NCBI GenBank assembly: GCA_051294905.1
Contig: CM119371.1
Span: forward strand, 3,288,001-3,348,000
Direction of reading: 5' to 3'
DNA: 60,000 bases
Origin: Botryllus schlosseri
Lineage: Eukaryota
Positions 38,572 to 51,555 of this stretch are shown here, piece after piece; positions within the stretch are counted from its first letter, which is position 1, and every line of letters starts with the position of its first letter. Below the pieces are notes generated by a model that did not search any database, was not told the origin of the DNA, and saw only the letters and a list, made by a program, of their open reading frames with translations. A program made the position numbers and the translations under genes.

Positions 38572-41181
38572 CAGTGGCGGCTCGTCCTATAGGGCAACTG
38601 GGGCATTGCTCCACCTAAAATTCTGTTCAATAACAATTTAACCATTTATAGACGCACAGCGCTCAATATATATCGAGATCACAGCGAAACCCGCGTTCTT
38701 CTTGTGCTTTCGCTTGCAAACGCCCATACATAGCGAAGTCTCTGCGAAAATCGAATTCTCTTCTGTGTTTTCGCTTTGTGAATGCCTAGCCGGGGCTTGC
38801 CCCGGTAGCGCTCATAACAAGCTTTCACTATCTATTCTCTCAAAGCCGCGCACAATAAAGAAACGGTGATTTACTCTCTCCTATTCGTAAAATGGCCGAG
38901 CAACCGGGGCAAATATGCCTACTCGCCCCTAAGGTGTGATGTAACAATCGTATCTATATCTGAACTCGGATACCGTGATATGCGTTGAGTCGACCGTTGC
39001 TGGTACAGGTCGATTTTGATGGTGTTTCACACCATGATAATTCTTGAAACTTGGTATGTCATGTCGTGATGGTGGTATTTAACACTGTCCTAAGTTTCAG
39101 GGTTTCTACTCAAAGTTTAGGGTAGTAATTCCGTTTCCAAAGTCGAGTGTGTGCTGATCGGTCATGTATCGCAAACATATTTCACGCAAAGCCGGTATTG
39201 GTCTCCATTGATTTTAACGATGCTCCTTAGCTAGATCCGTCATGAACTTTTACATGGTATGTCTTGATTTTAGTATCGAACGCTGTGCCAAGTCTCAAGG
39301 TTGACACTCAATGATTAGGGCAGCAATTTCGTTATTAAGTTCGAGTATGGTAGAGATGTGCGCTGATCTGACACTTAGCCTACCTAACGCATTGCGGATT
39401 TCACGCAAAAGCCGGTGTATCTGTGTTCCATACTGAGATAGGTGATGAGATGATGATATCATGAAACAGTTTACTAACATCCTCGGTTTGCATTCAAATA
39501 TTTAGTTTTATTTTATATTCTCCAATGTCAATTTCACCGTGGAATGGTGGCCTTCGGGCCATTTGCTCACAATTACAACCCCTGTCAAGCGCGATAGCTG
39601 TTTCGTTTTCGATGGCGGCTAACAGCTGATCGCTTGATCAGCCGATTCCTCAGTAAATATTACGCAAAATTCGGCGTTGATCTGTTCGTATTAATTCAGA
39701 CAGTGTACCATACCGAAAACGGTCATGAGGCTATACTTCTCGATGATTTCATGTAACAGTGTACCAAGTTTTCGGCTTTCATCCACGTATTTATTCGGTA
39801 ATATATTTTCCGAAGGCGATTTTGCAGCAGACATATAGACACTATAGACCGTAAGCCGTATGTGTCGTGTGACAGTCTCCAGCCTCAAGGCCAGAATCTC
39901 CCAAGCAATGTTCCCTCTAATTTTATTCGAGTCTGCGCACACTCACTAACTCATTGCGCAGACTCTTGGACAACAGTGCGTAACGACTAAAAAAAAGGTC
40001 ATCATTTCAGATTTTCTGTGCGCAACTTAGATTTTCTGTGCGCAGAGACCGTGTCAGCACTGCGCATTTGCGCACGTGCGCAGCTTAGAGGGAACATTGC
40101 TCCCAAGCTGTACCGGGACCGAATTTCCGAGGCTGCTATCCGTAGTTCTTCAGAATGATGTTTTGGATTCAATATGACATTTCCTTGTCCAATCTATGAG
40201 ATAACAATTGCGTATGTGTCCGAACTCGTTGACCTTTCCAGTTAGGCATACGCAATCTCTTATACAAGACATAAATTAATGCTGGTTGGCGGACGACTGT
40301 ACACATCATGTTCTTTCCGAATAATTTCAATCAAGTGAGCCCAGGTAACTCAACCATGTCTATGGCTAAGGAAAAGTGAGTGGTTTTCATCCTTATTACT
40401 CGAGGCACACTGACAGTTAATTTACCGATATATTTTGTTATGGCAATGGAAAAAAAGTGAAAAATTCATCAAGATGAAATAATTTATTCATGAAATTGTT
40501 TAATGCGATATGTGCTCGCATTTCAATTTAACACAATGCTTTGATTCCTGCTTGAATGATGGCAGGCAGACTCGTAATTAATCTTCCATGGATAACAGCT
40601 GGCTTTTTATAATGTTTTACGTTTATGGGTGCCACCGCTTTGATTGCCTATCCCCTGGTCGTAACGCATCAGGATCGTGTACCAAACACTTTCGGACGGG
40701 CTTCGAAAAACGAGGGCAAATCGATTTGACTCGCTTTCGGGACGAGAATCCTACCATATACAAATCGGGTCGGAGGCGCTGCAGCACTTTACAGAATTGC
40801 TGAGCATGGAACGATTAAAACACCACAAGGTGTCATGCGAATGCTCTTTGTAGGTAGTTGGTCTGTGTATTTTTGGTATAGTCTTACTCGGCGCTTGCGT
40901 AATCTCTACCACGATTGATTCGTGGCATGGGAACGATTCTTAGTTCGCGTACATTTTGTAAAATAATCATTTGAATAAAAAACAATGAATAAAACATTTG
41001 TCACCGCACTTCAAGTCACGCCACCGGCAAACCTCTAGCGGCACCTACGTTAAAAATCATTGTTTACGGGAAATTCATGTGGCCATCATGAACGTTGAAA
41101 AACGCTACTGTGACGTCATATTGATAACAAGTCGCTTGCGGCCCTTGCCCCACCACCCGATATTGTCACGAGCCGCCACTG
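38572..41181 (+). mobile_element. Internal-deletion derivative of the 25535-37131 hAT, in opposite orientation
   Basis: Same TIRs; TSD AATGATAG (38564-38571, 41182-41189); near-identical ends. The junction at about 40260 (CGCAATCTCT|TATACAAGACATAA) deletes the transposase ORF. Confidence 0.95.
39906..40099. mobile_element. hAT-type MITE (194 bp)
   Basis: TIR CAATGTTCCCTCTAA/TTAGAGGGAACATTG; TSD CTCCCAAG; absent at the homologous site (about 35930) of the other hAT copy. Confidence 0.92.
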
Positions 41182-44074
41182 AATGATAGAGTAATGGGAT
41201 ACTTTAGCGTCGGCTAATACTGCACCACGACGCACCGAGATATATGAAGTTATATGCCATGTAACATGCGACTCCGAGAAGTGTGCCAGAACGATCGGCA
41301 GCGAGAAGACCTTGGCCGAAAAGGAATGCCCTTGTGCTGACCGAAAACTTCGATGAATATACTTATATGTTTAATTGTCCATAGGAGCCTCAATGGCTGA
41401 CATCGAATGTTCCTGTCTTGGCGATCTGAACCCTGCAGGACAGATGCCATCTCGCAGGGAAAAATTATTTGCCAGTTAAGAAATACCAATTTGAAATCAT
41501 GTGCGTCTTTTAGTTTGATACGTTTTGGCGATTTCCATATCTTCTGACGTAGCAGATATAGGAAGGAGGTCACGAAATAGCATCACGAAAGTCAATATAA
41601 CAACGGGTCCGCCCGAATATGTTCAATTGTTATTTATGAGTCCTACCTTTTCCAACACACCACACTCAGCTCCATGGGTAAATCAGATTACGTGAGCAGA
41701 GAGAGGATAAAAAATTGATAGCAATATATATGCAATTCCCGGCCATATTTACCGATTTAAACATGAATTATATAAATTTGTCGCGCTTCGCGCGTTTAGG
41801 CGAAATACGGTGTCTCACCAAACAAGTACATGAAATAGGGTATGTCTGATATGTAGCGAAAAAAATCCCACTGACAGAGATGGGTCTGGGGTTTGGTCGA
41901 GCCGAAAAGTTGACCTTTTTATTAGTCAATTCGCCGGTGATTCCAGTGTGTATGCCCACTTTTCGGTTCCCAATATTTGGGGGGCGATTATCGATATGTA
42001 GCTTCAAAAGGGGGCGATGAGTCGAAAAAGGTTGGGAACCACTGGTCTACAGCTTCCGCGAGCAAAATGAGATAGCCAGCGGATTGTTATCTAGGACCCT
42101 CCATAAGAATATCATCGCATTTCCGTCTTTCCGATACATTGGCATTAGGCACATGCAAGTTTGAAGTAAATATTCGCACAATAATTTATAATGTAGGCGC
42201 ACCCATAAAATATCCCAGCTGCAGGTGATCGATACTGCAGCTATCTGCGTGATTATTAGTACAGTATTTGGTTGAGGTTAGCGTGGCGAGAATTTCAAAC
42301 TATATCTACCCCACTCTCTGATCTATAATCCTGATGCGAAAGCGTTTGAAATGTGACCAATAAGGTATCTCGGTATGTAAATAGTGTAAATGTGGCGGAC
42401 AATGTTTCAGAATAAATGTAATTATCAACCACATTGAGCTATTAGTACATTGCAGCATGATTGCTAGTAAGCTGTCGTCACTCAAGGAATGAGATAGTTG
42501 GAGTAGCCTATTACCAATTATTGCGTCACATGATAGACTACGCTCGTAAACGCTGTGTCTAGTAAACTCAGTAGATAGGATCAACATTTTGTTGTCATTA
42601 TTGCATCACAAAATCATGTCATTCAAGGTGCTCCTAAAACCCTTGCATAAGCATAAGCGTGTATTTGTTCCTACACAGCGTTCATACATAACAAAGCGAT
42701 CGAATTCTGTGAACAGCGAACAATGTACGCTTGATGAAGCTTGCACAGATCACTATAAAATGCATAAAATACCGAAGTATGGAAGTATGGAAATGTCGTT
42801 CCATACCATAGATTAAAATCTTCCATTCCATACCATACTTGCATCGTTCCATATTCCATACCAAAATATCGATCCATACCATACCATACTTCCATACCAT
42901 ACCATACCATACCATGCCCTGCCTATGAAATATGAATATACGCCACTTTCTTGACTTCACATCAACTTGTTTCAGCTATCGCAAGAATAATGATTCAGGC
43001 CATTATGGAAGTCACGCTATATTACTAATAAATATCCATATCCACCGAATTAAAAATTCGTCGGAAAGGCAGTATCGTATCTCCAAAAGAGTCATATTGG
43101 CTAGCAAACGATAGACTTGCAGCACCTTGCCTATATAGTGAATGGGCTCATGATTCGAAACCCAAAATTTATTCGCGGAACACGGCAAGGCTCGCGCGTC
43201 GCGCCCTGAAAATAACCGTTCGCGCTTCCTCCTTGGGACGGAACCTCAGGTTAAGAATCGCACTAAGCTTATCTCTGAACTCTGTTGCCTATTCGATCAC
43301 TTCCAGCATGAAGGAATAATGTCACTACACTGACTGCGGTGTACAGACTATACATGTGATTCAGCTCAATGATATCACACCCGAACAATGTTGAGAATTC
43401 GATCATTGTTCTAATCGACGCAGCGTGTTTGATTTAGAGCTTTATGTCGACGCCTGAATAGAGATATCCGTTACGTAGCTATGGCTCCAACAATACCGCG
43501 CCCGTGAGGCAATTCAAGTCGTACATCGCTCGGTTTGGTCATTGTTGCAAAATAGTCATCGGTCAATATCTTTAAATTTCCTGTGTCCTGGTGGAATAGT
43601 CGTAATATATACAATTGATAGGTTCATAATCAAATTCCGACGAATAATACTACTAAATAAATACAGTCCATCCTCAAGATTACCGGACCACGACTAACCT
43701 ATCGAATCGATCTCGCTTCCCATCACATGCCGCCCTATTTATTGTCGCTTTCTTTGCTATACTATTTTCCTTACTTTTATTCAGTGTGTTGCCTCCTCTT
43801 TACATCGCCTAGGGCAGGCAACTTCTCCAGTCGGCGGGCCGGATATAGGAAAATCAAATACTTGGCGGGCCGGATTGCTGACTCGAAACATTATTTGCCC
43901 ATTTATCCACAATTGTGCCCTAGCTCAATACAGAAACCTTGAATTGTTGCAATATCACCAACACGGTTGGATGATATGGTTAACCTTTGAGTTATTGTGC
44001 TTTCTTATAGCTTGATCAGACAATAAGGATGTACGTGTAACCCTGATACAAATGTGCCACTGCAATATGTTTAC

Positions 44075-44969
44075 TAGCGATGATGTGAACCTCTGAAAGG
44101 TTCAGGTTCGTGTGAACGTGAACCTTTTTGAAAGGTTCTGTGTGAACACGAACTTGAACCTCATGACGTCACGTGACGTCATATTGCTAATTTAAATCCC
44201 ATATTTCAATTAGGTGATTGCCTATATTAATCTACTGTACACGATACCGAGCGACGACTCGGGGCTGCCAGCCACATAATAGCTCAGTACTCGAGTACAT
44301 ATAGACGTTTGAAACGTCGCCAAATGTATCAACTGTGGCTATCAAATGATATAATAATCCCATAAAATCAGTATCTTGTGTCGCTTTGCCAACAATTTCG
44401 ACCTGATCAGACAATGTATTCGGCGTCTAAGTATTGCCACATGGATATTGAGCAGAGTGTAAAATGGTTTTCAATACTTGCTACCGATTAACAAGTTATA
44501 CAGCAGTATTGCCAACACCAGTCGCACGGATTTGGTTTTTATGGTACAGTATACATAGCCTATGTAGTCAAGATTGACCCCGTACGCCTGCTAGATTTTT
44601 TATATCAGAAGACGATATCAATTTCATTGATTGGTTAAATAAGGATCATTTGCTGACAAAATACAGTGTATTTCGCTCTTGGTGTCATGTGATTGCGGGT
44701 CAAGCTCACAGCACAAAGACACTAAATATGCACAAACGGAAGGCTGTTCAGTGTTGAATGTTTATGCTGCCAGCCCCATGCATAGAGTGGCCCGCAGTTG
44801 AAAGTCAATAAATTTGAACCAAAGATGTTATAATGAAGTGAAAATTGCAACATATGAAAAAGGTTCACAGTGCAGAACCTACCAAGGTTCTGTTGTGAAC
44901 GCGAACCTCAAATTTTCCGAGGTTCACACACAGAACACAAACGTGAACCTCACGTTCACACCATCCCCG
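44075..44969. mobile_element. Non-autonomous hAT-type element with GTGAAC/GGTTC subterminal repeats
   Basis: Degenerate TIR TAGCGATGATGTGAAC/GTTCACACCATCCCCG; TSD ATGTTTAC on both sides. Confidence 0.8.
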
Positions 44970-45229
44970 ATGTTTACGTCGGACAGCAAACATTCAAAAC
45001 AGGAAAATATTTCAACAATTTCCCTGGAAACCTTGACATAGTCAGAGATGGGCAAAGAGAAAATGCCAGCCAAAATCTGACGATGATGGGGGTAAGAGAC
45101 TAGAGTAGATTGGAGCTTACATATGTTAGCTGACTATTGCTCAAGTATCAAACTAGACAACCTAAAGAAATATGTATTATTAGTGTCAATTGGAACCTTG
45201 AAACTCGCACTTTATTTGTCTTGTATACC

Positions 45230-47070
45230 AATAGTTCTCAACCATTTTCACCTCGCGTTTCGGTAAAATTTCAAAAAATGTCTGGTGGACCGGTGAACTT
45301 TCAGAATTGAATTGAAGCCAAAATGTAAAGCATGCAACCGTTTTTTGAAATTATATGGTGCTTTAGAGTAACATTTAGCACGTTTTGATTGTAATTAATT
45401 ATCTTCATGATGCCATCCATGTGATTTTATGGTAGTTAGTCTGCTGAGTCGATGTAAAATTCCCTTGTCCAGATGAACGTGCTACCGTCAAGAGTAGATT
45501 ACAGTCTTTCGCGCCGAAGGCAGTTGGTTTAACCGACCATACGACAACTCGAATTATATTCTTCTCTTCAAAAATATCGAGAAAAGAAGCGTTTCGGAGT
45601 CGAACCAAGCACCTTGTCGTGCTACCTTGCTCCTTGCCCACTGTCACCGGACGCATAGGCTACTCTGGCAACTACGAACACAATGCGTGACGAAAGAAAA
45701 CACCTTACAGCAACTATACCGGCAATATCTGCCAAAAAAGCACTTCGTCAGTCCAGCCCCAAAAGCGTTGGTCTCGGGTGACACATGGAAATAAGCCAAA
45801 CTTCTGGGGGATTCGCCCCAGACCGTACAGTTGGGGAATTTTTTCACCTGTACTTGTGAGCAAATTCATTGTACTCGGTGTATGCAAGGAGTTTGAGTAG
45901 CCTAATCGCGCCAATAGCGAAAATTTTCCATAATTCATGACTCAATCGGTTTCTTCGCTGCCGGATTTTTGGCACGCCTTTTGTAGTCCAATGTTTGCCT
46001 ATAATGTTCATTATTATGTGTTGGTACGTCATTGCGCGGAAATGGCTATTTCTATAAATCATGCGTATTTCTTCGGGAATGGCACCTAATAAGAAAAAAA
46101 TTTAGTGTCACTATAGCCTATCGTGCAAAGCACGGAAATAAATTGAAAAATGCTTGAAAAAGTAGCAGAAAATTACGCTATGATTTATGTTCATCGGGGT
46201 TGTAATGACTCGAGTCATTAAAAAAAAAGAAAAATGACTCGACTCGAATCGAGTCAATTTGCGCATTGACCCGACTTGTACTCGAGTCATTGCGCATGAC
46301 TCGGACCAAGTAATATGACTCGAGACTGGGTCTATCAAGACAGGCATTTCATTGTAATTTCGAAGAATAATAAAGTTATCACAGTGATATTATTTCGTCT
46401 ATCAGTACTGGCACTTGAAAATGCTACCTGGAACTGTCGAAAGTGAAGAAAATGAGGATATTATGAATAAGAAGCATTCAATATCACCGAGTAGAGTTGT
46501 GAAAAGTGGGCATCACATGACATTAACTCGAAACTGAACAGTCCACCCAATGACTTGGACTCGGACTTGACACGGTGGTGAATTGAAAATGACTATAATT
46601 GACTCGAGTAAAAACTATAAAAGTGGGATTGACTTGCGACTCGGAACCTTGTGACTTAGTTACAACCCTAATGTTCATTTGCAAAATAATTCCGGGCTCT
46701 TTTAAGCTCAGCCCCTCTCAAATTGGACAGTTTTGGATGCCCCGGCTATGGTCCTGCACAAAATGAATGGATCGAAGACGAATGCTCGCGCGAACTGTGC
46801 TGTTTAGCGATCAGTCAGCACGTACCTGTTCTGTACTTATGTCGCTCGCATGTCGTCAAATGACACGTTTTGAACTTTAAGTCAAATCGACCATGCTTCC
46901 AGCCCTAATGTTACCTCACGAAGTTCTGAATAAGTTTAAAATGTGATGTTTTATTTATTTTATCAACGGACAAGCCTTTTTCATTGCATCTTCAATTTAA
47001 GATATAAAATTGTGATATACTCGGCGGACTGGCAGGAATGTCGTCGCAGACCGGCGGTTGAGAACCACTG
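45230..47070 (-). mobile_element. Old Charlie-like hAT relic with possible decayed transposase N-terminus
   Basis: Termini CAATAGTTCTCAACC and GGTTGAGAACCACTG; weak TSD; minus-strand fragments EYNEF../TSTGEK/FPNCTVWGE across frames. Confidence 0.45.
46195..46670 (+). mobile_element. hAT-type MITE, CAGGGTTGTAA family with GACTCGAGTC repeats
   Basis: Termini CGGGGTTGTAA/TTACAACCCTA; TSD ATGTTCAT. Family copies at 50437-50698, 50881-51405 (inverted) and 55798-56342. Confidence 0.85.
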
Positions 47071-48807
47071 CTGTAGATGCAATATCAGTTTAGATCAGTG
47101 GTTCTCAACCGGTGTGCCGCGGCACACTAGTGTGCCAATTGGACTGCTCAGGTGTGCCGCGAGCAAATGTGGTAAACTATGTCTAAGTTTAACGAAAATC
47201 CCAATTGTGAGTGTGTCATTGTTGGTGGTTTTTCTATTGAATTTACCCGATCAAGACACGCGATGCACAATCCGATGCAGTGAACAGATATAATGATGCC
47301 GAGGCGACCGTATAGTCACGGTATCTCAATCTAGTATTTCAATCTGGCATCCCCATTATGTCATGGATTGGGTCTTTCTCTGGGCTTTTTATTGTAAAGA
47401 CGCTCTGAGCACAGCAACGTATAGGGACGGATAATCTAATAAATCTGCAACGCTTTGTAACTTGCTACTGCACTGCCATGAATCAAATTGGGGCATCCAT
47501 CGTCAATGGGTGTGTTATGCTAGTTTACCCACATAGTAGCATCAGTAGCATTTAGGACGGTGATAACTAAACTCGGGTAATAGGATATTATAGATTATTA
47601 ACCTACGACGACCTACTACGTAGGTTAGTAATCTATAGTGATATTGAGGTGTGGCCGAAGTGACTCCCATCATAACCATAGGTAGAACAGGGACATGACG
47701 CAGGTTGATGGCCTTTTTATGTTTCTAGTCGTATTCTTGCCATGTCTGCGTCATCGATTATGATTTTACACCATGCCGATATTACATATTTTGATTCCTG
47801 AGATGCCAACTTATAGCACGGCTCACTTTTTGTAAGACACTTTGCAGATCGGAGGACGAGTAGGAGCCTACATAAACCTCCAACACCTAGGAAGGCATTC
47901 TCACCATCGAGAAAGTAACTCATTTGAAAGTGATGTTCACGTTTAAAAATTAGAATTGTCAACATAGCCATTCACATTACGATTATTAGGTAGCGTGTCA
48001 GCAGTGCAGGTAAAATGAAGGCTCAGTGCGCAATGTTATGTTACCGGCGACAAATTCGAAATTTGATAAGTAAGGTTGATCAAATTATATCAGTTACAAA
48101 TTTCCCCGCCGCTGAGGTTTATTATTCCGATTTGTAGGAACTACAGGTGAACTCCGGGTGGCTGCCAGTAAGATTATTGAGGTATACTATCCTCACATGT
48201 GGTATTACACGATCTGCGTGGAAATGCGTTTGCCATCCATGTATATTGTATAAACACCTCTGTATTTGTTAGTGGCGATCGTGATGGACTCTTCGATGCG
48301 ATATGGGTAATTACATCGACAATGCGGTTAGTGGGCAGACTTTATTGTCAAGTCAATGTTATGGAATTAAGCTGAACCTGCAGTTCAAACGAGATCTCAG
48401 CAGGCCAGTTATGTGGTAACCAGGGCTTTGGAGCCGGAGCCGGAGCCGGAGCCGTGTATTTTTGCCGGAGCTGGAGCCGGAGCTCTACATAAAAGTCAGT
48501 CGGAGCCGGAGCCGGAGCCGGATCCCGTTATTTGAGTAGTAGCTCCAGCTCCGACGTATTTCATAAGATGCTATTATATGTGCAACAGCCACATCTGCTG
48601 ATTTATCATAATTGAACAGCAGGCCTGAATTTTAATGCTGTGCACAGCAATGGCAGAGAGTAAAGTGCGTTCTAGTGCAACTATGATGTTATCGACAATT
48701 GACAAGTATTCTTTATGACGCCAGAAGCAAGCACGGCGGAACCTATGCCTTTGTTGCTACATCGGATGTTACTGACGGCTGACAGACTCTAGATTACTAT
48801 AGATAAC

Positions 48808-48843
48808 CAGGGATATATAGAACTCTAATTCTATATATCGCTG
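48808..48843. mobile_element. 36-bp hairpin mini-element with 8-bp TSD
   Basis: TAGATAAC-[CAGGGATATATAGAA CTCTAA TTCTATATATCGCTG]-TAGATAAC. Confidence 0.7.
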
Positions 48844-48884
48844 TAGATAACTTACCTATGGGTAGATTAGTAATCTATATAGAC

Positions 48885-49568
48885 TACGAATGGCCAACCT
48901 TTTCGGCTAAATGGGCACATGCAATTGACGAACGAGTGCGCGGTCCACTAGCCGCGCCAAGCGGGTAAAATTTTCAAAGTTTATAAATAAACTAGGTCAG
49001 TAATATATTATCACTTGAGTATATTGCGGGCCTACTGTATACCGCCCATTAGGCTCAGTTTGCAATGACACGACTATTCGGCGTCTGGCCACATCGATAT
49101 CGAAGGTCTCCGATAAAATGCGACAATCATTTGGTGCCTACCCCTACATTTCACCGTCGACGATCTTTATGCGAGCGCAAACGCGAAAAGACTTTCTCCC
49201 GTAATTGCGAATACAATTAGACTCAATTGGGTAAATTAGGCGTTTTTTTCATTTTCAGTAGGCTGCCAAGCAAGAAATCGTGTGACAAACATGCGAAGCG
49301 TGAAGAAAAATTTCACTACTATTTTAGTTTATTGTAATGTACGACGATTTACTGAAAATGTGACTGGACCCTGGATCTGCCAATGCGTCGGAACTGATAT
49401 TTTAGTCATCAACATCCCAAGTGTCGCAGCTAGACTTGTAATTTTTGGTTGGCATCGCCAGTTCACAATCTGCGCAATTCATTTACGATAATATAATAGG
49501 AAATTACCTCGCGGGCCACGCAAAACCCTCTCGCGGGCAACATTTGGCCCGCAGGTTAGTCACCCCTG
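48885..49568. mobile_element. hAT-type MITE nested in the GGAGCC element
   Basis: Degenerate TIR ..TGGCCAACC/GGTTAGTCACCCCTG; TSD ATATAGAC/ATGTAGAC. Confidence 0.7.
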
Positions 49569-50436
49569 ATGTAGACAGGCCCATTCGATAATTTCAGAGC
49601 CGGAGCTGGAGCCGGAGCAGTGGTAATAATGCGGCTCCGGAGCTGGAGCCGGAGCTAATGTATGATAGAAGAAAGCTCCGGAGCCGGAGCTGGAGCAGTT
49701 TATATTTACGGCTGCTCCAAAGCCCTGGTGGTAACAGAGGTAATAGCTGATAATTCAAAACCTCACACGTAAACGGAGAAAGCTCTTCTTCCGGCCCGCA
49801 ATAAAATTGTAGAAAAATGTTTTGAAAACGATTCCCATGTCAAATGATACCATTCGTAGATGCATTTGTGAGATGTCCGCAGAGATAAAAGAAAACTCAC
49901 GCAGAGAAACGCCTACTTGAGTGCTCCGAAAAGGTAGCAGTACTTCGTCAATTGTCAGTGACCACCTCTGTAAAACGATGGTTGCTTCTATACGCATTCT
50001 GGTAGTTTGCCTGTGCCATAAGCCAAAAGAGTCCGGAACCACTGTGCTAGTGTGCCGCGAACTATTGTTAATTTTCGAAGTGTGCCGCGAGGTGAAAAAG
50101 GTTGAGAACCACTGGTTTAGATCAACCAAATAAAGCAGTGCAAATGTTTATTTGAAGTCTATTGATTTACATTCGACAGCTTGCGGTTTTTGAAACTTTT
50201 TAAACAATAAACTCGAAATAATAAAACTAGTGCTATTATGTGGGTTATGAGACAATGTGGTGGGTGTTTAACGCAAAAACCTGACGTGATAGAGAAAAAT
50301 GGAAGTCATTTCCTAATTCAGCGCCAAAAAGTCAAAATCAATTGTCAGATCAAAGTCACCAAAAATTGTGTTGACCTGTGTACGCAACCAAAGGTACGTG
50401 ACTAGCAATATATGGTAGCTACGTAAATGGATATGG

Positions 50437-50698
50437 CAGGATTGAAATGACTAGACTTAACTCGAGATTTTTTCTGTATGGAAAATGACTCGACTTTTAC
50501 TCGAGTCACTGTACATGACTCGACCAAGTCCTAAAAATTAAGATACGGACGGTTGAGACAAGCATATCATTGTAATTTAGAAAAGTAGTAATCTACCACA
50601 CAATGCAAGGTAATAAATCTCAACCAAACAGAGTTGTAAAAACGTTCTGACCATAAAAGTAGAACTGACTTGCGACACGAGACTTGATTACAACCCTG
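50437..50698 (+). mobile_element. hAT-type MITE, CAGGGTTGTAA family (internally deleted)
   Basis: Termini CAGGATTGAAA/TTACAACCCTG; TSD GGATATGG. Confidence 0.8.
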
Positions 50699-51555
50699 GG
50701 ATATGGTAATGTTTTAATGCTTGGACCCTAATGCAAAACTCATCAAAAGCAACCCTGAAAGCTGCTGCCGCGCTGATTTCGAAAATATACATAATAATCT
50801 GGTCAGCGAACTGCAACTCAAACCAAATTACCCTTACATTTTATAAATCGACCTGGTTTAGCACCAAGAAGCACGAATTACAGGGTAACAAAGTCACAAG
50901 ATTACGTGTCACATGTCAACCTTACATTTTTGTTTTTACTCGAGTCAAGTCGATTCATCCCATTGTCAAGTAAGGGTTCAAGTCGTGGTGTGGAGGGAGT
51001 AGTCGAAGTCATTGTGTTCAGTGATCGGCACCGAGTTCTAGTCAGGTTTAACCCTATTGTGTACAACTCTGCTTGGGTAGTAGACCTATCGAATGCCTCA
51101 TAATATGCCGATTATCATCATTCTTAACATTTTCTAGCGCAAATTTTTATGTAAGACTACTCACAGACAGAATACCTATATTATGGAACTTGATTACCCT
51201 TCAACATTACAATTAAATGCCTGTCTTGGCTCGCCGAATCATATGACGAGTCGGGTGCTATTAATCAAAAACAAGTCAAGTCCATACAGAATTAATTGAC
51301 TCAATTCGTGCAGAGTCATTTTCAGTATCGAATAAATGTGATTCGAGTAAGATCGAGTCACCTAAAAATCACGACTCAAGTCGGACTGGAGTCATTAGGA
51401 CCCTGCTGATTTCTTGACTTATATATCGTCCCACAATGCAGCCACTAGACATGTAACAGTAGGTTAGTTGTGTGTAGCGTCGGCATAAAAGAACAACTTC
51501 CAAATGCGATACGCTTCAAACACCGGTTAGCCTACGTTTTTTGATTCCAGCTTAC

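Larger units (their letters stand above)
38329..42044. mobile_element. Charlie-like hAT non-autonomous element
   Basis: TIR CAGTGGTTCCCAAC/GTTGGGAACCACTG; TSD GTCTACAG (38321-38328, 42045-42052); GGGGCGA subterminal repeats. Confidence 0.9.
38018..42921. mobile_element. Possible outer element with (GTATG/ATACC)n subterminal repeats
   Basis: Inverted termini CAGGGCATGGTATGG (38018) and CCATACCATGCCCTG (42921), with CCATAC arrays at 38018-38160 and 42775-42921. No TSD, so the two ends may belong to different copies. Confidence 0.5.
48421..49727. mobile_element. Non-autonomous hAT-type element with (GGAGCC/GGAGCT)n subterminal repeats
   Basis: TIR CAGGGCTTTGGAGC/GCTCCAAAGCCCTG; TSD GTGGTAAC; interrupts the Charlie transposase remnant. 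Confidence 0.92.
47096..50114 (+). mobile_element. Charlie/Buster-like hAT with transposase remnant
   Basis: TIR CAGTGGTTCTCAACC/GGTTGAGAACCACTG; TSD GTTTAGAT. Remnant QQASYVV|TEVIADNSKPHT*..LLPA and KTIPMSNDTIRRCICEMS (48395-48420 joined to 49736-49890). Confidence 0.88.

Noticed and set aside
25527..41186. Duplicated small ORFs (MSPHFK…, MDNSW…, MRLETV…)
   Set aside because: Incidental ORFs in the non-coding ends shared by the two hAT copies.
37895..42960. WYGM-rich ORFs (37895..38242, 42671..42960)
   Set aside because: Translations of (GTATG)n subterminal repeats.
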